From the NCBI RefSeq assembly GCF_020745735.1, contig NC_083426.1, positions 12,400,001 to 12,464,000 of the forward strand: a DNA stretch of 64,000 bases, in the 5' to 3' direction. The DNA is from Hemiscyllium ocellatum. Lineage: Eukaryota. The position numbers and the translations under genes are program-made. Numbering within the stretch: the first letter of the stretch is position 1; every line of letters starts with the position of its first letter. The notes below the pieces were generated by a model. The model was not told the origin of the DNA, did no database searches, and saw only the letters and a list, made by a program, of their open reading frames with translations. Below, in pieces: positions 1-10,400 of the stretch.

Positions 1-2050
1 TAATCGATAAAGCTGTCATCTTTGTGATTCATAACCTACATCCCACTCAGGTCGAACCGCGAAACATCTGTCCACTGTTTGTTCCATCCACATCCAACAA
101 TGTCCTTCAAATGGACCAGGCCCCATAACATTAGCCTCCAGCAAGTGCTGTACCAGGGCAGCTCTCTCTCCAATTTACAGACCAAAGTAACTAACACTTA
201 CTCTCACTGTACATCTATGGCTATCTATCACACATCTCCCTTGATAATATTCACACTTTTTTCTGATAGTGTGAAAACACAAGAACATCAAAACATGCAG
301 CAAGTGTGGAAACTTGCGTTTTACATCTCAACTTCTCAGAAATGGACAGCACAGTGTCTCAACGGTTAGCACTGCTGCCTCACAGTCCCCATGACCTGGG
401 TTCAGTTCAAACCTTGGGTAATTGTCTGTGTACAGTTTGTATGTTCTCCCCGAGTCTGTGTGGATTTTCTCCAAGTGCTCCAGTTTTTTTCCCACTGTCT
501 ACCAATGTGCAGATTAGGTGGAATGGTCATGCTGAATTGCTCATTGTGTCCAGGGATGTATAGTCTCAGTGGGTTAGCCATGGGAAATGTGTGGATGTGG
601 GAAAGAGTGGGGTTCTGGGTCTGGCGGCATGCTCTTCAGATGCATGATGCAGACCAGATGGGCCAAATGGCCTCTTTCTGCACAGGAGGGATTCTATAAT
701 TCTAAGTTACATTCCTCATTGACCATTAACCTGCTTGAGAGTTTAATGGAATGGGCCCAAAATGAATGTGTGATCATTTACAATGAGCCATTCACACACA
801 GCATGCTGCAGACAGAAACATATTTAAAAATAAAATAATTTTGGGAAGAAATCTATTTTACCAGATTTAAATTTTAATTTCATAAAGTTTTAAAATTATT
901 TAATTCCATTGAACTTAACTTGGATTGTAACGTTTGGGATAAAATTTCACATTATTTCAGAATGACCGGTGGATTTGCAGCTTTCTAAATACAGTGAGCT
1001 GAGAAGCACATTCATTTGAAAGCCTTGCCTTGTCATTGTGTTTGTAAATATGGCAAGTTGCATTCACATAGCACCTTCAAAGATGCAAAGCTGGAGCAGA
1101 GAGATGGAAGAGTGTAAATTGGAAGATTCAAGGCCAGATTGAATGACGTTGGAATGGTTGGACATGAAACTAATAACATCATGGATGAGTGCTCTGTTGA
1201 GCAGGGAGATGGATGGAGTCAGTGGCGAAGGAAAGGTGAATGTGCTGTGATAGAGACAATGGCATCAACATTCAGGACTGTCAGGTGTAATTTTATTGAA
1301 GCTGTGAAAATGCAGAGACAAGCACAATCACAGCAGGTCGGTATGTCAGAGACAGTCCTTAAACTGGATCAATGGGGATGGAGGCATCAACCATCACTAT
1401 CAATCCTGAGCCGTATGTCTAGCTGTCTCCTTGGAGAGGTGAACAACTGTCATTCAGACTCAGGCTCAGCACTCACTGTCTGCTGGATATGAGCCACTGG
1501 CAAGAAGATTCAGGATGTGGAGGGGCTGCTGTTGGACTGGGATGGACAAAGCTGAAAATCACACAACACCAGGTTATAGTCCAACAGGTTTATTTGAAAA
1601 TACAAGCTTTCAGAGCACTACTCCTTTGTCAGGAAGCCATTTGGGCAGGATACATCGAGCACAGAATTTATAAATAAAAGATCAATTTGTCACACAATGG
1701 ATACAATGTATTAGAGAAACCTTGATTGCTGATAAGTCTTCAGTCACTTCGAATGAGGCTGCAGGTTTCCATTGATTAATATGTAAATCCCAGAATTTCT
1801 GTCAAGTCACCATCCCGATATATCTTCAGGTTTTATCCGTAAATAAAAAAGTGCCACGTCAGCTCAGACAATGCATTGCAGGAATGAGGTTAGAGTCTGT
1901 TTCTAGCATGGAGTCAGACAGGATTCATTTTGAAAGAAGGAATTTATAAAATATTACATTAACTCATTCTCTATAGATTGTGTGTTTTTGAACATAATAT
2001 AAAATATCTGCAAATACAAATTTAAATGCAATTCATCCCATAGACTTGTA
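1..2050. repeat. Segmental duplicate of the receptor-unit upstream region
   Basis: Colinear near-identical text at ~10075-12130, ~60485-62830 (extra SINE) and partly ~28855-30200. Confidence 0.9.
343..705 (+). mobile_element. Old tRNA-derived (HE1-like) SINE
   Basis: Degenerate tRNA-like head (acagtgtctcaacggttagcactgctgcctcacag...gggttcagtt) and a body resembling the younger SINE at 13506. Paralogous copies at ~10405-10775, ~29216-29690 and ~60847-61205. Confidence 0.6.
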
Positions 2051-2061
2051 TGTGTGTGGGG

Positions 2062-2084
2062 GAGAGAGAGAGAGAGAGAGAGAG
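2062..2084. repeat. (GA)n microsatellite
   Basis: Direct read. It coincides with the end of homology to the other duplicate units. Confidence 0.95.
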
Positions 2085-3508
2085 TGAAAATTCAGGGTAA
2101 ATGTTGTCATAACCCCATTAGGATGTCCAGTGTGTGTACCCTCATCCAAATGTCATTGGCACAACCAAGGAGCCTTACACATTGCAGACTATCTCCTCAC
2201 AGACTGACAATTCAGTGTATGGCCATTGTAACTGAGGATTGCTGCCTTCCACTGTTTGCCATGCAGTGCATTACAGAAATACCAAACCCAAGTGGCCCTT
2301 TAAAATGTACTTGTCTGATTACATTCGCCTCGTTAATGAGAGACCGAGGGTGAACAATGTTGTTGCAATGACTGCTTGAGGCCATCACCTGTAATGTTTC
2401 TTTCTGGACAATGAGTGACCTGTTGTTGAAGTGTAATTTGATGCCAGTAGATGCATGGTGGATGCAATTACCCTGACGAGGTTTCAAATTCATAGAATTA
2501 TACTCCAACACCCACCTCCCCCTGCCCATCCAAAATATGAATAACTGACTCCACCCCACTCTGCAACTGGGTGTCTATCATTTTACACAGTCATTGTGCA
2601 GTGACTGGGTCAGGATAGGTGAAGTGTCAACTGAGTGTTTTTGAGACAAAAACAGAAATTGCTGGAGAAACACAGCAGGTCTGACTGTGTCTGTGCATCA
2701 AAAGCAGAATTACTATTTTGGGTCCATTGACTGTTCTTCAGAACTATTAGTAGCTTTGATTAGGTGCTCCATATCCTGCAAACGGGGGGAGTGAGGTGTT
2801 TCTGTGAATTAACAGCAGACTCTACCTGTGATGCAGAATGATCCTTCTTCCTCTCTTTATTGTTGCTGTCCCTGTGGACCCGATGATGTTTTGTCACCTC
2901 ACTGTTTCTGTTCATTCTCGCTGTATAGCCATTATGTCCCTAATTTCCCATCAGAGCCATGTCTTTCAGAATTGCAAAAATTCAATGTAAGAGGTTTAAT
3001 CAGGAAGGCAGATGAATTCAGGGCATGGTTAGGACCATGGGATTGGGATATCATAGCAATTACAGAAACATGGCTCAGGGATGGGCAGGACTAGCAGCTG
3101 AATGCTCCAGGATACAAATGCTACAGGAAGGATAGAAAGGGAGGCAAAAGAGGAGGGGGGTGGGGGGTGGCATTTTTGATAAAGGATAGGATTATCAGTT
3201 GAGCTTAGGGAGGACATTCCCGGATACACCCATAGTTTTAGGGTGAGAGGGGAAAGATATAAAAGGGACCTAAGGGGCAATGTTTTCACGCAGAGGGTGG
3301 TACGTGTATGGAATGAGCTACCAGGATGCAGTGGAGGCTGGTACAGTTGCAACATTTAAGAGGACTTTGAATGGGTATATGAATAGGAAGGGTTTGGAGG
3401 GATATGGTCTTCGAGTAAAAAATGAGGTCTGCAGATGCTGGAGATCACAGCTGCAAATGTGTTGCTGGTCAAAGCACAGCAGGCCAGGCAGCATCTCAGG
3501 AATAGAGA

Positions 3509-3544
3509 ATTCGACGTTTCGAGCATAAGCCCTTCATCAGGAAT
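3509..3544 (-). ncRNA. Minimal hammerhead ribozyme motif in the Penelope terminus
   Basis: Minus strand reads ATTC-CTGATGA-A-GGGC-TTAT-GCTC-GAAAC-GTC-GAAT: conserved core, stem II, a palindromic ACGT in place of stem III, and stem I ATTC/GAAT. Confidence 0.75.
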
Positions 3545-3679
3545 AAGAGAGAGAGAGAGCCAAGCAGGCTAAGATATAGGGTAGGTAGGAGGGACTAGGG
3601 GGAGGGGCGATGGAGGTGGGATAGGTGGAAGGAGGTCAAGGTGAGGATGATAGGCCGGAGTGGGGTGGGGGCGGAGAGG

Positions 3680-5482
3680 TCAGGAAGAGGATTGCAGGTT
3701 AGGAGGGCGGTGCTGAGTTGAGGGAACCGACTGAGACAAGGTGGGGGGAGGGGAAATGAGGAAACTGGAGAAATCTGAATTCATACCTTGTGGTTGGAGG
3801 GTTCCCAGGCAGAAGATGAGGCGCTCCTCCTCCAGCCGTCGTGTTGTTGTGGTCTGCCGGTGGAGGTGTCCAAGGACCTGCATGTCCTCGGTGGAGTGGG
3901 AGGGAGAGTTAAAGTGTTGAGCCACGGGGTGATTGGGTTGGTTGGTTCGGGCGGCCCGGAGGTGTTCTCTGAAGCGTTCCGCAAGTAAGCGGCCTGTCTC
4001 CCCAATATAGAGGAGGCCACATCGGGTGCAGCGGATGCAATAGATGATGTGTGTGGAGGTACAGGTGAACTTGTGGCGGATATGGAAGGATCCCTTGGGG
4101 CCTTGGAGGGAAGTGAGTGTGGAGGTGTGGGCGCAAGTCTTACATTTCCTGCGGTTGCAGGGGAAGGTGCCGGGGGTGGAGGTTGGGTTGGTGGGGGGTG
4201 TGGATCTGACGAGGGAGTCACGAAGGGAGTGGTCCTTGCGGAACGCTGATAGGGGAGGGGAGGGAAATATATCCTTGGTGGTGGGGTCCGTTTGGAGGTG
4301 GCGGAAATGGCGGCGGATGATACGTTGTATGCGGAGGTTGGTGGGGTGGTAGGTGAGAACCAGTGGGGTTCTGTCTTGGTGGCGGTTGGAGGAGCGGGGC
4401 TCAAGGGCGGAGGAGCGGGAAGTGGAGGAGATGCGGTGGAGGGCATCGTCGATCACGTCTGGGGGGAATCTGCGGTCCTTGAAGGAGGAGGCCATCTGGG
4501 CTGTGCGGTGTTGGAATTGGTCCTCCTGGGAGCAGATGCGGCGGAGACGAAGGAATTGGGAATATGGGATGGCATTTTTACAGGGGGCAGGGTGGGAGGA
4601 GGTGTAGTCCAGGTAGCTGTGGGGGTCAGTCGGTTTATAATAGATGTCTGTGTTGAGTCGGTCGCCCGAGATAGAAATGGAGAGGTCTAGGAAGGGGAGG
4701 GAGGAGTCTGAGATGGTCCAGGTGAATTTCAGGTCGGGATGGAAGGTGTTAGTAAAGTTGATGAACTGTTCAACCTCCTCGTGGGAGCACGAGGCAGCGC
4801 CGATACAGTCATCGATGTAGCGGAGGAAAAGGTGGGGGGTGGTGCCAGTGTAGTTGCGGAAGATGGACTGTTCCACATATCCTACGAAGAGGCAGGCATA
4901 GCTGGGGCCCATGCGGGTGCCCATGGCAACTCGTTTAGTTTGGAGGAAGTGGGAGGATTGAAAAGAGAAGTTATTCAGGGTGAGGACCAGTTCAGTCAGT
5001 CGAAGGAGGGTGTCAGTGGAAGGGTACTGGTTGGTGCGGCGGGAAAGGAAGAAGCGGAGGGGTTTGAGTCCTTCGTGATGGGGGATGGAGGTGTACAGGG
5101 ACTGGATGTCCATAGTGAAAATAAGGCGTTGGGGACCGGGGAAGCGAAAATCCTGGAGGAGGTGGAGGGCGTGGGTGGTGTCCCGAACGTAGGTGGGGAG
5201 TTCTTGGACTAAAGGGGACAGGACTGTGTCGAGGTATTGGGAGATGAGTTCGGTGGGCCAGGAGCAGGCTGAGACAATGGGTCGGCCGGGGCAGGCAGGT
5301 TTGTGGATTTTGGGCAGGAGGTAGAAACGGGCGGTGCGGGGTTGTGGGACTATGAGGTTGGAGGCGGTGGATGGGAGATCCCCTGAGGTGATGAGGTCCT
5401 GGATGGTCTGGGAGATGATGGTTTGGTGGTGGGAGGTGGGGTCGTGGTCAAGGGGGCGATAAGAGGAGGCGTCCGTGGTCAA
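3680..5482 (-). CDS. Penelope RT + GIY-YIG endonuclease, uninterrupted 5'-truncated ORF
   Basis: Motifs FYLLPKIHK..PGRPIVS, AMGTRMGPSYA, RYIDD, and IIYCIRCTRCGLLYIGETGR. Confidence 0.93.
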   Translation of the reverse strand: MTTDASSYRPLDHDPTSHHQTIISQTIQDLITSGDLPSTASNLIVPQPRTARFYLLPKIHKPACPGRPIVSACSWPTELISQYLDTVLSPLVQELPTYVRDTTHALHLLQDFRFPGPQRLIFTMDIQSLYTSIPHHEGLKPLRFFLSRRTNQYPSTDTLLRLTELVLTLNNFSFQSSHFLQTKRVAMGTRMGPSYACLFVGYVEQSIFRNYTGTTPHLFLRYIDDCIGAASCSHEEVEQFINFTNTFHPDLKFTWTISDSSLPFLDLSISISGDRLNTDIYYKPTDPHSYLDYTSSHPAPCKNAIPYSQFLRLRRICSQEDQFQHRTAQMASSFKDRRFPPDVIDDALHRISSTSRSSALEPRSSNRHQDRTPLVLTYHPTNLRIQRIIRRHFRHLQTDPTTKDIFPSPPLSAFRKDHSLRDSLVRSTPPTNPTSTPGTFPCNRRKCKTCAHTSTLTSLQGPKGSFHIRHKFTCTSTHIIYCIRCTRCGLLYIGETGRLLAERFREHLRAARTNQPNHPVAQHFNSPSHSTEDMQVLGHLHRQTTTTRRLEEERLIFCLGTLQPQGMNSDFSSFLISPPPTLSQSVPSTQHRPPNLQSSS

Positions 5483-5575
5483 GGAGGCGATAAGAGGAGG
5501 CGTCCGTGGTCAAGGGGGTGATAAGAGGAGGCGTCCGTGGTCAAGGGGGCGATAAGAGGAGGCGTCCGTGGTCAA
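5444..5575. repeat. 31-bp tandem repeat, 4 units plus a partial, at the Penelope 5' junction
   Basis: gtggtcaagggggcgataagaggaggcgtcc starts at 5444, 5475, 5506 and 5537, with a partial at 5568. Confidence 0.92.
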
Positions 5576-7386
5576 TTGGGCGGGGCACGTGGGACTAGAT
5601 TGGGTTGGGATATCTGGTCGGCATGGACGGGTTGGATCGAAGGGTCTGTTTCCATGCTGTACATCTCTATGACTCTATGAATGATTGAAACAGTGAAACA
5701 TTGAAACTCCTCCAGGTGCTGATGGATCTTTCCTCAGACCGGAGAACGAGGGTTTCATCCAGGGAGGAGAGGGGTGTGTGTAGACTCATGGTGGGCTCAG
5801 GGGCTGCATTTTCAGGGCTCAACGTGTAGATACAACAGGTGACCCAGGCAAGATGATGACAGTCCTCAAGTGGGAGAGGAAGAGAATTGTAGTTCAGCAA
5901 GGGATAGTTCACGATGGGGGAGAGAGATCAATGTGTAGGACCTTGAGGGCAGTAAAAGCAGGATGGTTTGTAATCACACATTGTTGTCTGTGTAAGGAGT
6001 GTAAAATAACATAAATAATTTACTGACTGTACCAGAGAGATGTTTCATGAGATAGTGCTTAAATTGCTGCAATGTTGTTTCCTGGTGTGGAAGAGGAACA
6101 GCCTGTTGATGACTGGGGAGACTTTACTTCAATAAATACCAGACCAACAATCTTGTTGGGAGAACCACCCTTTTTGTGGAGAACAATTCTTGAGTAAAAT
6201 GACAGAATGGAATTGAAATCTAAGGTGGAGAGGAGGAGAGAAAGGCATTCAGGTCATGAATATGTAAAGCTGATGAAAGTCAGGAGAAAGAGACCTCATT
6301 GGAAAAAGGAAGCCTTGAATGAAAGAAAGTTGTGAAAACAGAGAGATTCATGCTTCAGGTTTCTGCCCGTGAAGTATTCTGCATGAATTTGGTGGGCGAG
6401 AGCCACAAAATGTTTCAGGAAGTTTTCATGTAACAGAATTCACGGAGTTGTAGCCTAGAGTAATGCCACACTGGGAATTTTAATCTTGAGTGTTTGACAA
6501 CTCCTTGCTCATAAATGGAGAGATTGCAATGATGAACAATAGTTTTAGTGTTACATTGTAATGTGTAAAGCAGTGGGATTGAAAGAGAGTCAGCGATTTG
6601 ATTCACGTTCATGACTGAAAGATAAAAGGCTTTTTCTGTGAAGAGAAATATAAACCAACCATCTACTTTTGCAACTGAGCCTCACAAAACAATATTTAAT
6701 CAACTCAAGATGTTTCCCTTGAGGGCTTCTTCCAACTCCAGTTTTCAGTGTATATTCAACATAAAAATCATTGGAAAAATTAAAATAATTGTGTTTGAAA
6801 AGAAACGTTATTTGGTCCATTTTTATTTAATTCAGAATTAATAAATCTGCTCTCATGTATTTGGGAACTCTGTCACATGGGATTGCAATATGTTCAGTAA
6901 AAGATATATTTGTGATGTTGTTCAGGTATTTTTATATTTGTTCCTTTAAATTTCCAAGACTTCCATATTTAGAGACACATGGGGTAGGCAAAGTATATGC
7001 TGTGTCTGTTTTCTACAGCTTGGAACTTGCCTGAAGCCAGTCGCTGTAATGTGAGGGGTGTCACTCTGCATTGTGTAAGGCGGACCTGGAACCTCACCCA
7101 GTCCTGCTCCCTGCACTGGGTATGTTCGATGGATTTACAGGTTGATAATGAACCTGTTCGACTTTGTGAGAACACACATGCTTTTGCAAAATGTGCTGGA
7201 GTGAGAATCAAACTCTCAGCATTTATCACAGCAAGAACAATGTAACCATTGTGTCACAAGCTCTCACTTTATCTGAATATGTACCTTCAAATATTTAAAC
7301 ATTTCTACTGTATAAACCACACAGTGGTTTATCTGAATATCAATAACCATTGATTATCTGAATATACAACTCAGATGGTCACTCAC

Positions 7387-7423
7387 CGGGAATGGAACAA
7401 ATGAGGAGAATCAAAATCCACGT
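7387..7423 (-). pseudogene. Orphan receptor leader exon, ATG mutated to ACG
   Basis: ACG TGG ATT TTG ATT CTC CTC ATT TGT TCC ATT CCC G|GTGAGT, paralogous to the leaders at 25040 and 57880. No Ig exon downstream in the window. Confidence 0.85.
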
Positions 7424-10400
7424 TGTTTTATTCTCAAAGATCAGTTCAGTTCTTGATGCCAGTCCCACAGCTCTTGTTTCTCACATTGAAATAAGTGTGT
7501 AATGCAATGTCTACAAGAAGCTAAATGAGGAACAGGATATACGAAGCCAGTTTGTGAAACTACAGTCGGCCAGATGGTGAAAGTTCACTGTGAAGATATT
7601 TATTTTGATTAGTCGTGTTTAACAGAAAAACTGAATTAATTTCCAATGAAAGAACCAAATGTTTTGAAATCAAGAAAGTTAAAACATCAAGCGTTGATCC
7701 AAAGATAATGTTGGATAATGTTGATCCAAGCTCAGTATTTATCCTGAAATCTCAGTTGAATGATAACTGACATATTCTCCTATGTTATACAATTTCAACA
7801 AACACGTTTTTGCAAATAAAGATTTCTTTTGCAAAAAATAAACATGCATCTAAGAGTAGAATTGTTTTGAATATTTTGTCTGCTTGCAGAATATTCCTCC
7901 TGGCATTAGTGCTGAATAATTATTGTGTCAGGATCTGAACTCCCAGATGTACAGGAGAAGGACACTCTCTGTTCCATTTCCACAAGATCCAAGTAAACAA
8001 GCCCTGGGGCCGATTTCAAGCAGAGACAGAAACTCAACAACGGAGAGAAAATTCAGGGCGAAGTGAATTGTGATTGAGTAACTGGGAGTGTGCTCCAGTT
8101 CCTCACAAAACAATATTTAATGAACTGCACTTCAAAAATAAAAGAAATGAAAGCAAACTCAAGATGTTTTGTTTGAGGGCTTATGACCACTCCAGTTTTC
8201 AGTCTGTATTCAACATTAAAGACATGAGAAAAATTACAATGATTTATTCCAAACACGAACTACTCTCTGTGTAAAATATTTGCCTAATTTCTCCTAAAAA
8301 ATTGCCCCTCATGTTCTTTTAAAATATTTCTCCTCTCACCTTAAAAACATGCACCCAGGTTTTGGACAGACACCCGAGAGAAAAGACCTCATCCGTGCCG
8401 CTCATAATCTTATAAACCTTAAAAAGGTCACCACTCAGCCTCCTCCCCTCCAGTGAAAAAGGCCCCAGTCCTTCCAGTCCATTTTTATTTATAAAACGCT
8501 CATTTCGCAGCAACAAACAACATTGCATTATTTCAAAGAACAGTAATGGAGTTGCCTCATCTCCTCATCCATAATTCTACACAACTAATGTCACAAATGA
8601 AGACAACTTGATCATTATCAAACTGATCCTTACAGAAGCTTGCTGTCACAAATTAACTGCAGTGGTTCCTAAAATGGAACAGACATGACAGTTCAAACAG
8701 TCTTTCACAGACTGTAAATGGTTGGACCTGTTCCAAGGTGAGGATCCCTCTGGTGTCCTGACGGACATGGAGCTTTGTATTCACCAGGACGTGGTTGATG
8801 ATGAGTGAGTCTGGTGAACCATGCTGGGTTTCACCTTTGAGAAGATCAAAGGGACTGATACCCTTCACCAACCGGGCTCATCCCCAGCCACAATGCTGAA
8901 GGCAGTGCCCCCACCTTAACCCTTAATATGGAAGGAGAGTCACTGGAGTCATTACCCAGAGACTGAACCATCGAGGACCATCGCAATGCTCTGTCTGGGA
9001 AACAGAAACAATACGTTGGGTAAACTCCTAAAGAACACTTGGAAACATTTGGGGGTTAATACCCCAATGGGGATGAAACCCCTCTGCTGTCAGGTCACCA
9101 GTGTCTGAGTGTCAGAAACAGAGAGCAGAGATCCCCCAGCCCCTGAATGACATGGACACTGTCGAATCAGTTGGAAAAATAGGATCAGATTATAAAATTT
9201 GATTCTGTGATGAAACAGTGATGGCAGCAGTTATTAACAAAGTGAAGAATATCTGATCAAATTGTCAGGGATCCTATAAAGTGACTTGTTCAGTGTCAAA
9301 GCCATATCCTGGTAGACACTCACTCAGCAGTTTTTCAAATAACGTTCTTCAGAGACAAACAAATGCAGAACTTGGAGCTGCCACAAAACCCCTTCCCCTA
9401 TTCGGATGGATGTCCCATTTGCTCTGGAATGGTGCAGTGATCCACCCACAACATGGACATAAGCCTGTCCCAGGAGGTTTCCTTCCCAGAGATTGTGATC
9501 AATGGGCTGGATCTGAAAACTCTCAGTACAGTCTTGAATGACCCAGAGTGTGCCACCCACAATATCCTGTTGATTAACACTGATCTGGGATCTAAGAAAA
9601 CTGTTCCCACCCTGCCTTTCCAGAAAGCCTCTCCACTGAACATTTCTGTCAGTGGCTGTGCAAACGTGGCTGCAGACATATTGCTCCAGGTGACACAGTT
9701 CTCCCTCTTTACTGAGCTGTAGACAATGGGTGCCAGGAGGGTGTTACAGTGCCTGCAGGTATGGGTTGTGGTTTCACAATGGGCTTTCCCCACAGGCTCT
9801 GGGGTTTTACCAGTGACTGAGGAGGCCATTCCCAAGTGTCTAGCAAACTTTTTGAAAGCCTGTGGAAGAGTTGTGTAATGTCCCTGCTGTAGCAGTTAGT
9901 GACATATTCCTGAACTCCTGAGCTATTTGTCACACAGTTCCTGGACAATATAAAATGCTCAGTGCTGAAGGAACTTTAGGAACAGTTTACAGCACAGTTA
10001 AATTGATAACTCTTCTTCTGGTCATTTGCAATCTCTCCTGTAGATTAATCAATAATGCTTCTCTCCCCTTTCAGCTGTCCTCTTTGTGATTCATAACCTA
10101 CATCCCACTCAGGCCGGACCCCGATACATCTGTCCACTGTTTTTTCCATCCACATCCAACAATGTCCTTCAAATGGACCAGGCCCCACAACATTAGCGTC
10201 CAGCAAATGCTGTACCAGGGCAGCTTCTCTCCAATTTGCAGAACAAAGTAACTAACACTTACTCTCATTGTACATCCATGGCTGTCTATCACACATCTCC
10301 CTTGATAATATTCACACTTTTTTCTGATAGTGTGAAAACACAATGAACATCAAAACATGCAACAAGTGTGGAAACTTGCGTTTTACATCTGACCTTCTCA

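Larger units (their letters stand above)
3408..5582 (-). mobile_element. Penelope-like element, 5'-truncated
   Basis: Contains the RT + GIY-YIG ORF 3680-5482 and a 3' terminal region with a hammerhead motif. The same terminus recurs at 36436. Confidence 0.92.
2985..5680 (+). mobile_element. Internally deleted CR1 LINE interrupted by a Penelope element
   Basis: APE N-terminus (NVRGLIRKADEFRAWLGPWDWDIIAITETW) at ~2985-3215 jumps directly to the ORF2 3' end. The 3'UTR is split at ~3407/~5583 and ends in ctctatgactctatga at 5680. Confidence 0.85.

Noticed and set aside
2827-2940. Possible minus-strand cytoplasmic exon (GHNGYTARMNRNSEV...ASQ|gtagag)
   Set aside because: Poor polypyrimidine tract, no homolog in the window and no partner exons.
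3781-5212. Long Pro- or Gly-rich ORFs overlapping the Penelope ORF
   Set aside because: Shadow frames of a C-rich coding strand.
5444-5575. CRISPR-like array
   Set aside because: Contiguous repeats with no spacers, in a eukaryotic TE context.
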